A stretch of 64,000 bases of DNA from Bacteroidia bacterium (GTDB lineage Bacteria > Bacteroidota > Bacteroidia > Flavobacteriales_D > Cryomorphaceae). The stretch spans positions 151,722 through 215,721 of the forward strand of contig JAUICL010000004.1 of the NCBI GenBank assembly GCA_030427905.1, in the 5' to 3' direction. The translations under genes were made by a program, and so were the position numbers. Of this stretch, positions 27,149-36,714 are shown in pieces. Each line of letters starts with the position of its first letter. The stretch's first letter is position 1. Below the pieces are notes generated by a model. It was not told where the DNA came from and did no database searches. It was given only the letters and a program-made list of their open reading frames with translations.

Positions 27149-30100
27149 TTAGTTTGTTGTTTGTAAATAGTATTCAAGTTCATAGCGGCTATCGAGATAA
27201 TTACCTAAGGCATCCCAGGAGCTTATTTCTATGCGTATAGCATCCCTTATGTTCTGCAGGAATGTGACATAGTCTATCGCCCCTTCGCGATAGGCTGTAA
27301 TGGAACCAGTCCTTTGTTCCTTTGCCAATGGCAGGGCCTGCTCACGGTAATAGGTCCATGAATTGCGCCACTTCAGGTATTCTTCGCGCATAGACAGGTA
27401 TCTGGCATTAAGCTCAAACTGATTTTGTCTGAAATTCTCGTTGGCGATTTCCCGTTGAATTTTCGCCTCTTGGGTACGGCCAAGTTCAGGGGCAAAGAAT
27501 AAGGGTATTTGAATACCAATCTGATAGGTATAAAAACCAGTTTGCCCATCTACTTTTTGTTGACCGTACTGGCCTTGAAGTTGGGGAAGGAACTGAGCTC
27601 TTCTTTCCTTTATTTGTGCTTCTGCCACTTCTATTTGTTGTTTATAAACATTGAGCAGGGGGTGTGTGCTTAATGAATCCGTATTAATGTTGAGCATCTC
27701 GGTCAACTGGTCGGTGGGTACGTCTGGCACCGTATAGAGCGTATCGCTTACTAACCATAAGTTGAGCCGCTGCAAGGCACTCAGATAATTGCGGTATGCC
27801 TGTTCCTTTTGAATGCGCACCTCATTGGCTTGGTTTTTAGTGGCCAAATACGCCAGTTTCGAAGTTTCTTCCACTTCCAACCTTATATCTGCCGCCCTTT
27901 CAATATCAGTAAAGAGCGAATCAAGACGGTTAAAAACCTGATACGTGTTTTTGGCAGTATATAACTGGCCCCAGGCCAATTTCACTTCCCTTTTAATTTC
28001 TGCCAGCGAAAGGTTAAGGGCCGTTTCAGCAAGAGCTACTTTCTCTTTTTGTAAACGAAGACGCGGGGCGATGCCAAAAATGTCAATATTCTGCTGCTGA
28101 ACGCCAATTTGGGTATAAACCCCATTGGAATTGCTAGTGGCCTCCTCGGCCCCGGTGAAGATTTGCGTATTCCCAAAATCCCAGGCAGTTTTCTTTAAGG
28201 CTTCTTCACTTTCTATTTGCAGTTTTTTTGCCTTTATCTGGGGAAAATATTCAATGGCTCTGTTTTGTGCCTGCTCAAGACTGATGGTTTGCAATGTATC
28301 AGGGTTTATTCCTTGCGCGCCTGCCGTTTGGGAAAAACCGAGGAAACCACCTACTCCTAACATGAGCACGATGGTGCTCATGGACATTCCGCGACTACGG
28401 TTTTCCAAATTCTTTTCCTTTCTTTTTTCTACAAAAGTGTACAGCACCGGCAGCACTACGAGCGTAAGCAGCGTGGCAGTAAGCATACCGCCAATTACCA
28501 CCGTGGCCAATGGGCGCTGTACTTCAGCACCGGCCGAAGCCGAAAACGCCATAGGCAGGAAGCCAAAAATATCAGTAGTAGCCGTAAGCATTATCGGGCG
28601 TATCCGCTCTTTGGTGCCCGTAAGGATTCGGTCCTTTATACTTGTTACCCCTTTTTCTTTCAGGGAATTGAAACGATTGATCAGCACCAAGCCATTGAGT
28701 ACTGCAACTCCAAAGAGCACGATGAATCCAACCCCGGCTGAAATGCTAAAGGGCATATCTCTCATCCAAAGTGCGAAAACACCTCCAATTGCCGCCAATG
28801 GAATGGCCATATAAATCATAATGGATTGGGAAACCGAGCCCAAGGCAAAATAGAGGAGAATAAAAATGAGAAACAGTGCAATGGGCACTACAATCGTCAG
28901 CCTTTTTTTAGCACTCTGTAGGTTTTCAAATTCTCCACCGTAGGAAATGTAATAACCCGAAGGCAGATTTAGCTGCTCATCCAGCTTGGCCTGTATGTCG
29001 TTTACTACAGATTCCACATCGCGCCCCCGAACATTTACGCCTACGTAAGTTCTTCTATAGGTATTGTCGCGGCTTATCTGCATAGGGCCGGGCTGATAAC
29101 TTATATCTGCTACTTCCTTAATGGGAATTTGGGTCCCGTCCTGGAGGTCAATGTAAAGATTACGGAGGTCGTCTATACTTTGTCGGTGGGCTTCATCAAA
29201 ACGGATGACCATATCAAAGCGTTTTTCACCTTCAAAAATTACTCCTGCTGTGCCTCCTGCGAAAGCAGAACTTATGTATTCGTTTACTTTTTCAATATCC
29301 AGGCCGTACTGTGCCATTTTTTTGCGGTTATAGCGCACAGTCATTTGCGGAAGGCCCGATGTCCTTTCGGGGTTTACATCACTCGCACCTTCTACGGTTT
29401 CTATAATATCAGCCATTTCCTGAACTTTTGTAGAAAGGATTTCCAGGTCTTCTCCATAGAGTTTAACAGCAATGTCTTCACGTACTCCCTCCAGCAGTTC
29501 GTTAAAACGAAGCTCCACTGGCTGGGTAAAGACAAGGTTCACTCCAGTCAACTGTTCTTCCAAAAGTTCTTTGATATTATCAATTAACTCTTCCTTGGTT
29601 TCGGCCGTAACCCATTTGTCCTTATCTTTTTCTAAAATCAGGTACATATCCGCAATGTCCATCGGCATAGGGTCTGTAGGGATGTCTGCTACTCCGATTC
29701 GGGCTGTAACCGTTTTGATTTCCGGAAAATTTTCCAACAAAAGGTTTTCAATTTTATAGGAAACTTCTGTTGCTTCACTCAGTGAACTACCAGGACGGAT
29801 TAAAGCCTGCATTGCGAGGTCACCTTCATCCAGTTGAGGCACGAATTCGCCACCCATCTTCGAAAAAGTAAACCCGGCAATACCCAATAGAATAACGGCC
29901 ACAACAATCACAGCAACTTTAAAGCGCATTGCACTTTTAAGCAATGGCAGGTAGGCACGATGAATGCCTCCAATGATTTTATCGCTGATTTTCTCCAACC
30001 ATCGCTCAAACCGGCCAAACCAATTTTTCTTGTTTTCAACAGGCTTCATAAAAAGCGCAGACATCATAGGGACGTATGTGAGGCACAAAACAATAGCCCC

Positions 30101-31561
30101 AATCATGGCAAATCCAAAGGTGTAGGCCATAGGCTGAAACATTTTACCCTCTACACCCGTGAGGAATAGAATAGGGGCAAACACAATGAGTATAATGACC
30201 TGACCGAAAAAGGCAGAGCCCATCATGGTGCTTCCTGCTTCGTAGGCCAACTCATCCATCACCCCTTGGTTAAACTTAATCTTTCCTGAGCGTATGCGCT
30301 TCTGAATTTCATAAACGGTTCCTTCAATGATTATCACTGCACCATCAATGATGATCCCAAAGTCGATGGCACCCAGGCTCATCAGGTTGGCCCACACATT
30401 AAACTGCTTCATCAAAATGAAGGCGAACAATAGGGAAAGTGGGATAGTCGTGGCTGTAATAAGCCCCCCGCGTAAACTTCCCAGTAAAATTACCAAAGCA
30501 AAAATGACAATTAATGCCCCTTCAATCAGGTTGGTTTTAACTGTATCAGTAGTTCGTGCAATAAGCGCGCTACGGTCAATAAAAGACCCGATTGTCAGTC
30601 CTTCAGGAAGTGATTTTTCCACTTCCTTCATGCGCTCTTTTACATTTTGAATCACCGCATTTGGGTTCGCTCCTTTGAGCATCATAATCATACCGCCAAC
30701 TGCTTCTTTTCCATCCTGTGTGAAAGCTCCGTAACGTACCTGATGACCAAAATGGACTTTTTCAGCCACATCATTAATGGTGATAGGAATGCCATTGTTA
30801 TTGCGAATGACAGTGTTACGTATGTCATCCAGGGAGCGTACCAGACCTTCGCCACGTATAAAATTGGACATTCGGTTTTTTTCGATATACGCCCCTCCAG
30901 TATTCACATTGTTCCGTGCAAGCGCTTCATATACCTCAGAAATGCCCACGTCCATTGCATTGAGCTTTTCGGGGTTAATAGAAACTTCGTACTGTTTGAT
31001 GTAGCCGCCAAATGAATTTACCTCCACTACACCTTCCAGTAAGGTCAGTTGCCGTTTTACAATCCACTCCTGAATGGTGCGAAGTTCCATTGGACTATAC
31101 ACAGAATCATAGCCTGGCTTCGGTTGAATGGTGTACTCGTAGATCTGGCCAAGACCTGTGGAAATAGGTCCCATTGTTGGGGCTCCAAATTTTTCGGGGA
31201 TGGTTTCCTGCAATTCGTTTAGCTTTTCCTGAACCAGTTGACGTGGCAGGTAGGTGCCCATATCGTCTTCGAATACGATGGTTACCACTGAAAGGCCAAA
31301 CCTTGAAATAGACCGTATTTCATCAACTCCCGGCAGGTTTCCCATTGCGAGTTCTACCGGGTATGTCACAAATTGCTCTATATCTTCGGTGGCCAGGTTT
31401 TCGGATACTGTGATTACCTGCACCTGGTTATTTGTAATGTCTGGAACAGAGCCCAGATTTACCGTGTACATGGAGTGGAGTCCTACCCCAATAATGGCAA
31501 GCGTAAGCAGGCCCACGATAGACTTGTTCTTTATTGAGAACGAGATGATTCTATTGATCAT
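27149..31561 (-). CDS. CzcA-family RND permease fused in frame to a TolC-like outer membrane factor (1470 aa)
   Basis: About the first 1058 aa are an RND pump. From the in-frame MSMSTIVLMLGVGGFLGF (Met at 28387) a signal-like segment and about 410 aa of OMF-like sequence follow, with no stop between the two parts. Confidence 0.8.
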   Translation of the reverse strand: MINRIISFSIKNKSIVGLLTLAIIGVGLHSMYTVNLGSVPDITNNQVQVITVSENLATEDIEQFVTYPVELAMGNLPGVDEIRSISRFGLSVVTIVFEDDMGTYLPRQLVQEKLNELQETIPEKFGAPTMGPISTGLGQIYEYTIQPKPGYDSVYSPMELRTIQEWIVKRQLTLLEGVVEVNSFGGYIKQYEVSINPEKLNAMDVGISEVYEALARNNVNTGGAYIEKNRMSNFIRGEGLVRSLDDIRNTVIRNNNGIPITINDVAEKVHFGHQVRYGAFTQDGKEAVGGMIMMLKGANPNAVIQNVKERMKEVEKSLPEGLTIGSFIDRSALIARTTDTVKTNLIEGALIVIFALVILLGSLRGGLITATTIPLSLLFAFILMKQFNVWANLMSLGAIDFGIIIDGAVIIIEGTVYEIQKRIRSGKIKFNQGVMDELAYEAGSTMMGSAFFGQVIILIVFAPILFLTGVEGKMFQPMAYTFGFAMIGAIVLCLTYVPMMSALFMKPVENKKNWFGRFERWLEKISDKIIGGIHRAYLPLLKSAMRFKVAVIVVAVILLGIAGFTFSKMGGEFVPQLDEGDLAMQALIRPGSSLSEATEVSYKIENLLLENFPEIKTVTARIGVADIPTDPMPMDIADMYLILEKDKDKWVTAETKEELIDNIKELLEEQLTGVNLVFTQPVELRFNELLEGVREDIAVKLYGEDLEILSTKVQEMADIIETVEGASDVNPERTSGLPQMTVRYNRKKMAQYGLDIEKVNEYISSAFAGGTAGVIFEGEKRFDMVIRFDEAHRQSIDDLRNLYIDLQDGTQIPIKEVADISYQPGPMQISRDNTYRRTYVGVNVRGRDVESVVNDIQAKLDEQLNLPSGYYISYGGEFENLQSAKKRLTIVVPIALFLIFILLYFALGSVSQSIMIYMAIPLAAIGGVFALWMRDMPFSISAGVGFIVLFGVAVLNGLVLINRFNSLKEKGVTSIKDRILTGTKERIRPIMLTATTDIFGFLPMAFSASAGAEVQRPLATVVIGGMLTATLLTLVVLPVLYTFVEKRKEKNLENRSRGMSMSTIVLMLGVGGFLGFSQTAGAQGINPDTLQTISLEQAQNRAIEYFPQIKAKKLQIESEEALKKTAWDFGNTQIFTGAEEATSNSNGVYTQIGVQQQNIDIFGIAPRLRLQKEKVALAETALNLSLAEIKREVKLAWGQLYTAKNTYQVFNRLDSLFTDIERAADIRLEVEETSKLAYLATKNQANEVRIQKEQAYRNYLSALQRLNLWLVSDTLYTVPDVPTDQLTEMLNINTDSLSTHPLLNVYKQQIEVAEAQIKERRAQFLPQLQGQYGQQKVDGQTGFYTYQIGIQIPLFFAPELGRTQEAKIQREIANENFRQNQFELNARYLSMREEYLKWRNSWTYYREQALPLAKEQRTGSITAYREGAIDYVTFLQNIRDAIRIEISSWDALGNYLDSRYELEYYLQTTN

Positions 31562-31651
31562 GTATAGAATGTTTTAGTATCGATAAAAATGATATAGTTT
31601 CAACTTTAGTGAAAGTCGAAAAGGACAGAGTTGTCCTGAGAAATACTGATA

Positions 31652-31957
31652 CTAAACTTGTGGTGGTTGAAGGATAGAGTCTAGATAGCCTTTAGTAAAA
31701 AAGGCACGATACAATGTGATTTCACCCTTATAGTGAATGGATATCAGGTGTGGGTAAGACACATGATTTATCACAAAATGAGAATGGCAGCAATGACATA
31801 CGCAGAAAGGTGAGCAAGGATTTTCAGTGTCGCTATGATCGTGATCTGCTTCTGTATTGTATGAAATTTCCATATTGTCAGTTACTGGCACATCTGCGCA
31901 TGGCGCAATGGAAAGCCCTAGAATGAAAAGAGACAATATGAGTGATATGAATTTCAC
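31652..31957 (-). CDS. small secreted Cys/His-rich protein upstream of the RND pump (DUF6660-like, recalled from memory)
   Basis: Signal peptide and the motif CSPFCVCHCCHSHF. Confidence 0.5.
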   Translation of the reverse strand: MKFISLILSLFILGLSIAPCADVPVTDNMEISYNTEADHDHSDTENPCSPFCVCHCCHSHFVINHVSYPHLISIHYKGEITLYRAFFTKGYLDSILQPPQV

Positions 31958-31981
31958 AATGCAATAATAACGAAAAAAAAA

Positions 31982-31996
31982 TGCAACCTGTTTGCA
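31982..31996. promoter_or_regulatory. palindrome TGCAA-cctgt-TTGCA after Fur paralog 2; candidate Fur-family box
   Basis: An inverted repeat homologous to 8948-8962 and followed by the same AAGTTTA. It lies upstream of the DUF6660-like/RND operon. Confidence 0.4.
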
Positions 31997-32000
31997 AAGT

Positions 32001-32402
32001 TTAAGAGCAGTTGGCGCAAGCCCCTTTATATACCATACTTGCGCTCGAAGCTCTAAATCCAGCAGGAATTTTTGTTTGTGGTATTTTAGATTGTGTTAGA
32101 CAATAAGTCTCACCGCAATTTACGCAATGAAAGTGAACGTGTTGGTCTTGCGGTTCACACTCGCAACCTTCTTCGCAAAGTGCGTACTTGACCGAACCTG
32201 TGCCATCATCGATGCTGTGAATTAGCTTTTTGTCTTCAAAAGTCTTCAGGGTTCGATAAAGGGTTGCTTTATCTGCTCTTTCAAACTTGGCTTCTAAATC
32301 ACCGAGACTGATCGCTGCTCCACATTCGATCAATTGCCTCAACACGAGCAATCTCATGGTAGTGGGTTTGATGTTTCGATTTTCTAATTTTTCTTCGAGC
32401 AT
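32001..32402 (-). CDS. Fur-family metal-responsive transcriptional repressor (paralog 2)
   Basis: KPTTMRLLVL...YRTLKTF plus Cys clusters. I use the ATG at 32402 (MLEEKL); the ORF track uses a TTG at 32426 that would overlap the pAgo stop. Confidence 0.8.
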   Translation of the reverse strand: MLEEKLENRNIKPTTMRLLVLRQLIECGAAISLGDLEAKFERADKATLYRTLKTFEDKKLIHSIDDGTGSVKYALCEEGCECEPQDQHVHFHCVNCGETYCLTQSKIPQTKIPAGFRASSASMVYKGACANCS

Positions 32403-32413
32403 AGTTTGATCAG

Positions 32414-34510
32414 TTACAAAAACCAAAGATTAGTTTTACCATATTCGGGAATGTCGTTTGCGTTGAAATGTGGGGCGATTTGAGCCACCATTTCAGGGTA
32501 TTTGATTGTAACAGGCAGATTCTGTTGGCGTACTGACTTCCAATACATTCTGCTGAACTGATAGACTTGTTCTATCAGGTTCTTAATCACTTTCGTGTCT
32601 TTCAATTCTTCCTTATCAGTACAATCAATTTTGAGCTTTACAGGAAATGGATAGCCGTCTTTTGGTTTGGGTAATGAAGTGGCGTACCTGGTACTGTTGA
32701 ACAACAAATACTGCTTGCCACCTAAATTGATAAATGTGCCGCTCATTGGCATTCTGCCGTTCCATTTCTTGTCAAAGGCTAGTATGTCTCTTGATTCGGT
32801 TTTGTTGATTGTGATAATGAATACTGGAATGTCTAAGCCAAGATTCTTTAGTTCGTGTTGTATGGGTTCAATTTCCGCTTTACTCATGGTTTTGTAGAAG
32901 TGGATAATGAGTCTGGAAGGTTCGCCATGTGCCGCTGCATATTGACGAACTGAATCTGCTATTGAACCTGCAAGTACATCAATCTCATTTTTCATGAAAT
33001 ACTCAAAGCGATTGAAGCGGCCATGATTGGTGAAGCTGAAAGACGAACCTATGTACTGAATGTTTTCTTCTTTATGGAGGAAAGCTCCAATACCTACAAT
33101 CAATTCACTCTGTTCAGTTTGTTTGAGTTGCCAAGGAATGCCATTGAGCTTTGCGAGCATGGCAATAGAAATGTTGGGTAAGCTATACACCCAATCTTCA
33201 CCTTGCTCTTCCATCTTGGCAGGATCTATAGCCTGAGAAGTAATGTTGCGTTTGAGTAAGAGTTCTTTGACCTGATAATAGATTTCTCGGTGTTGCTTGT
33301 CTGTATCAAACTTGCCAAATGGCGTAATATAAACTGCTATGTATTGTACCGAAGGGTCAAATGTTCTCTTAGTTAGTATTTCTTCTATCTGCTCAATAGG
33401 ATTCTCTCTGTTCTTAAAGCGAATACTGAATCCTTCCTGCGTATGGAACATGATTTTGGCATAACGCTCTAAGCCTTTGAAAAAGCCGAAACCATTCTTG
33501 AAACGACTGTCAAGGTCTTTGACAGTTTCGTAATCATCTTCATGGAAGATATAGAATAGGTTGACGGCTGAATGTGGGCTTTTCTTGTAGGGCTTATGCA
33601 GCTTGATTCCTGTGTAGGGTACTTTCTCGGTATTGCCATTGCCAAAGAGCAATTCATTACTTTCTTCTGAGGTGGAATCAATAGAAGTGGGCTTTACCTT
33701 GATAAAACCGCTTTTGTGTAGGTCTATGACCTTTTTGAAGTCTTCAACATTGATATTCTGCTTGTAGAACTTAACAATCAGGTCTAAATAATCAGAATAC
33801 TTGTTGGTAGGTTTGATTGGCTCATAAGGATAACCCATGGCGTTTTCAATGTCTGCATTGAGCACTGGAAACACTTCTGCATTATCAACGTCTTCTTCAG
33901 ATTCTTGTAGATTATCCCATTTTTGTATCGCACCTTCATACATTACCCAATTGAATGCCGCTGCACTTACAGAATGGACTAGCTCGTTGGCTGGCTGTTT
34001 AAAGACTTTTGACCTACCATCAAAGGAGAGTAGGATTTCAGGATAACCGCTAAAATGCTTGATTTGAACTTTGAGCGTGTACTTTTCATAAACTGTAAAA
34101 TCGGTGTAGGGCTGTTTGGTTGCAGGAATCCAAACGTTGGTATCTGAAATGAATGTAGAGCGAACCAAGGTGTCTTCTTTGCTCAAAAAGTGGTTACGAA
34201 TGAGCCAATTGAAATATCGCTTGGCGAAACTGTATTTGCTCTTGCTAAGGTTGAGCGAGACATGAACGGAACCTTCACTAGCCACCGTATAGGTGGTGTA
34301 AAGGTGTTCTTGCTCTTGGCTGCCAAGGTTTGGAAATTGCTCTTTGATTTCATCAGGAACTACCGTATGGTAGATCCGTTCTGCTCCTGGTATTTCATCT
34401 TCGAAGAAGTGAAATTCTAGTGCTTCTGTAGGCCAATCGAATTTAAGTACATTGAAAAATAGCTCTTGGTTAGATTGATTGATATTTTGATTTGGCCTAT
34501 TGCTATTCAT
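32414..34510 (-). CDS. prokaryotic Argonaute (long pAgo; MID-PIWI present, catalytic tetrad apparently degenerate)
   Basis: MID-type 5'-end pocket residues YYQVK...TSQ...LAKLNGIPWQL. PIWI-like blocks are ELIVGIGAF, RLIIHFYKT and NLPVTIKYPEMVAQ, with G/Y/P where the D/D/H-type catalytic residues are expected. Confidence 0.75.
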   Translation of the reverse strand: MNSNRPNQNINQSNQELFFNVLKFDWPTEALEFHFFEDEIPGAERIYHTVVPDEIKEQFPNLGSQEQEHLYTTYTVASEGSVHVSLNLSKSKYSFAKRYFNWLIRNHFLSKEDTLVRSTFISDTNVWIPATKQPYTDFTVYEKYTLKVQIKHFSGYPEILLSFDGRSKVFKQPANELVHSVSAAAFNWVMYEGAIQKWDNLQESEEDVDNAEVFPVLNADIENAMGYPYEPIKPTNKYSDYLDLIVKFYKQNINVEDFKKVIDLHKSGFIKVKPTSIDSTSEESNELLFGNGNTEKVPYTGIKLHKPYKKSPHSAVNLFYIFHEDDYETVKDLDSRFKNGFGFFKGLERYAKIMFHTQEGFSIRFKNRENPIEQIEEILTKRTFDPSVQYIAVYITPFGKFDTDKQHREIYYQVKELLLKRNITSQAIDPAKMEEQGEDWVYSLPNISIAMLAKLNGIPWQLKQTEQSELIVGIGAFLHKEENIQYIGSSFSFTNHGRFNRFEYFMKNEIDVLAGSIADSVRQYAAAHGEPSRLIIHFYKTMSKAEIEPIQHELKNLGLDIPVFIITINKTESRDILAFDKKWNGRMPMSGTFINLGGKQYLLFNSTRYATSLPKPKDGYPFPVKLKIDCTDKEELKDTKVIKNLIEQVYQFSRMYWKSVRQQNLPVTIKYPEMVAQIAPHFNANDIPEYGKTNLWFL

Positions 34511-34785
34511 TTTATTCGACTTTTTACAATTTCAAGGGCGGCTTCAGCAACTTCTTCATCCATGACAAGCTCATATACCTGATCCGCTAACCAAATTGTG
34601 AGTAATTCATTGGCATCAGCTTCTAACAGTTCAGCAAGTAAGAGAACTTGCTCTCGTTTCGCACGCCTTTCGCCACGTTCTATTTTACTGAACATTGGAG
34701 TGTCTATTTCAAGACTGGCAGCTAATTGGCGTTGCAAAAGTTCTTTACTCTCACGCAGCTCTTTTATTCGTTCACCAAATTGCAT
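34507..34785 (-). CDS. XRE-family helix-turn-helix transcriptional regulator
   Basis: IKELRESKELLQRQLAASLEIDTPMFSKIERGERR is a classic Cro/C1-type HTH. Its stop overlaps the pAgo ATG (ATGA at 34507-34510). Confidence 0.85.
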   Translation of the reverse strand: MQFGERIKELRESKELLQRQLAASLEIDTPMFSKIERGERRAKREQVLLLAELLEADANELLTIWLADQVYELVMDEEVAEAALEIVKSRIK

Positions 34786-34956
34786 GACCTTTCTATTTAT
34801 GACTTGTCAAATTTTGGCTAATTTACCATTTTAAGAATAAGAAAGAACTATACAAGAGAAGAAATCTTTGATAAAATGTGAAAGGACTTTAAGGAAGCTA
34901 AGGAAACAAAGGACTTGAGAATATTTTTCCTTGAAATCCTTAACATCCTGAGTTTC

Positions 34957-36714
34957 CTACTTCCCCGATTTGGTGTAATGGTCTTGCTTTGGGTGGTGAA
35001 TCAATCCTTTCTTTTTGAATTGCCCTATGTAGCCTTCTGCCGTTTTTGGATTGATACCCAATGTTTCAGCCAACTTCAAATAGGCTTGCCTATTGAAGGT
35101 TGGGGGTAAGGCATCAAAGAATTGTTCTTTGGTGGTCTTGTGAATCGGTAAATGGGTTTCTTCAGGCAATTCTGAAAAGATATGGCTAGAATGCTTCATC
35201 AAAACCGCAATGATTGAAAGCGCAGCTTGAAAATCTTCATCAGCGCAAACCAAAGGGTTTGCAGCTTCACCCGTTTCAAAACTTCTGAGCACAGTAAAAA
35301 TCATGGATAAGCGAAAGGTGATTAAACCTAAACGCCTTATTGAGCCTAAGAAATCATCACCGAGCAATGCGAGGTATTTCTGTTGCATTTGAGCGAAGTA
35401 TTGATTGAACTCTTGCTGCTGCCCTGGAGACAATTTGAAACAAATTGGCGGTGTGGCTTTCAGGTATTTATAGTACTCATAAAAGGTATCACCAAGTCCT
35501 TTGTAGTAGTCTTCTAATGCTCCGCTTTCTGTGTTCGCAAATACATCTAACCATTCATATTTCGTATTCATGTAATAGAACATAAAGCGGCTGAATAAGC
35601 CGTTTTCAGAACTAGGAATGAGACTGGTAATTTGCTTGGGTGTACCTGAGAGCATTGCAGAAATGCAAGGCTTCTCTATCTCTACAAACTCTTTATCGGT
35701 TCTGCGGAAATAGGAAATGGTTTCATGGTGAAAGGCTTTCCTGAATCCGTCTGAGTAGTTTCCGTAATCTGATTTGAAAGATTGGGCAAGCGTGTCGCCT
35801 TCTGTTTCAAATATCAATCCTTTGCCGCCACTGTCGGCCAATAGTTGATAGGCTCCTGTACTGCTATTGTTGGCAGGAATGTAGAGCATCATTTCAGGTG
35901 GTTTGGCTGGTTTCTGTACACTGGTGTCAGATCCTTTGGATTGATTGTAAGCTGCCAATTCTATTTCATATTCCTGTTTGGCTCTTGCTGCCTGTTCTCG
36001 TAAATCATTGTGTACCGGGTTTACCAAGTGCTTGCAATGATTCAATACGCCTTTACCTGCTGAGGCTCTACCTGTAACGAATACAAATAGATTGGGGTGA
36101 ACCTTGCTATTGCCATATATGCCGTAAACATTGGGCATACATGCACTTAAACAGACTACTGCACCTAATAGGAGAATGTCTCTTTCTTCATTGGAATTGG
36201 CGTACATGGTTACGTTTTGCAGAAACTCAGGAAGCTGCGGAAATACAGTATCAGGAATGGTTGGCATATCCATTGGCTTTACTTCAATGGTGGTTTCTAC
36301 TTTGCCAATCTTTATTCCTACCTGTTTCGCCAAATAGAAGAACGTACTGATATTAACTCCATGCCCTTTGGATTGTAGGCATTTATCAAACTGCTCATCA
36401 CATTCTTTCTGATTGTATTCTGCATGAAACCTACTGACACGGTGAAACAGGTCTCGACCTGATTCGCCTAACTCATCAGCGAAAGCGAAACCAATGTTTC
36501 GCCAATCGCTGTAAGTGCCTGTAATGTCTTGCTGTGCTTCTTCAAGTTTAGCAACAACTGTTTCCACTTCTGAAAGCTCAACAGAATGTTGAGGTGCTTC
36601 CTGCTTGGGCTGTGCCTTGCTTGATTTGTTAGTGGTTTCTTGCTTGGGTTCTGTATCTATTGCTTGTTGCTTGGGTGTATCTACCCAATCGTTCAAATTG
36701 AATTTCTCTCTCAT
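34957..36714 (-). CDS. DUF3987-like protein with an N-terminal primase-C-terminal (PriCT)-like region (mobile-element replication/helicase-like)
   Basis: The N-terminal segment SDWRNIGFAFADELGESGRDLFHRVSRF matches the PriCT-like pattern, and a P-loop-like TGRASAGKG is present. Typical neighbour of Bacteroidota integrases. Confidence 0.6.
   Translation of the reverse strand: MREKFNLNDWVDTPKQQAIDTEPKQETTNKSSKAQPKQEAPQHSVELSEVETVVAKLEEAQQDITGTYSDWRNIGFAFADELGESGRDLFHRVSRFHAEYNQKECDEQFDKCLQSKGHGVNISTFFYLAKQVGIKIGKVETTIEVKPMDMPTIPDTVFPQLPEFLQNVTMYANSNEERDILLLGAVVCLSACMPNVYGIYGNSKVHPNLFVFVTGRASAGKGVLNHCKHLVNPVHNDLREQAARAKQEYEIELAAYNQSKGSDTSVQKPAKPPEMMLYIPANNSSTGAYQLLADSGGKGLIFETEGDTLAQSFKSDYGNYSDGFRKAFHHETISYFRRTDKEFVEIEKPCISAMLSGTPKQITSLIPSSENGLFSRFMFYYMNTKYEWLDVFANTESGALEDYYKGLGDTFYEYYKYLKATPPICFKLSPGQQQEFNQYFAQMQQKYLALLGDDFLGSIRRLGLITFRLSMIFTVLRSFETGEAANPLVCADEDFQAALSIIAVLMKHSSHIFSELPEETHLPIHKTTKEQFFDALPPTFNRQAYLKLAETLGINPKTAEGYIGQFKKKGLIHHPKQDHYTKSGK

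Noticed and set aside
32414-34510. The pAgo as an active slicer (long-A type).
   Set aside because: The blocks aligned by eye to the catalytic positions lack the acidic residues (GIG, HFYK). This rests on manual motif matching and should be verified by a real alignment.
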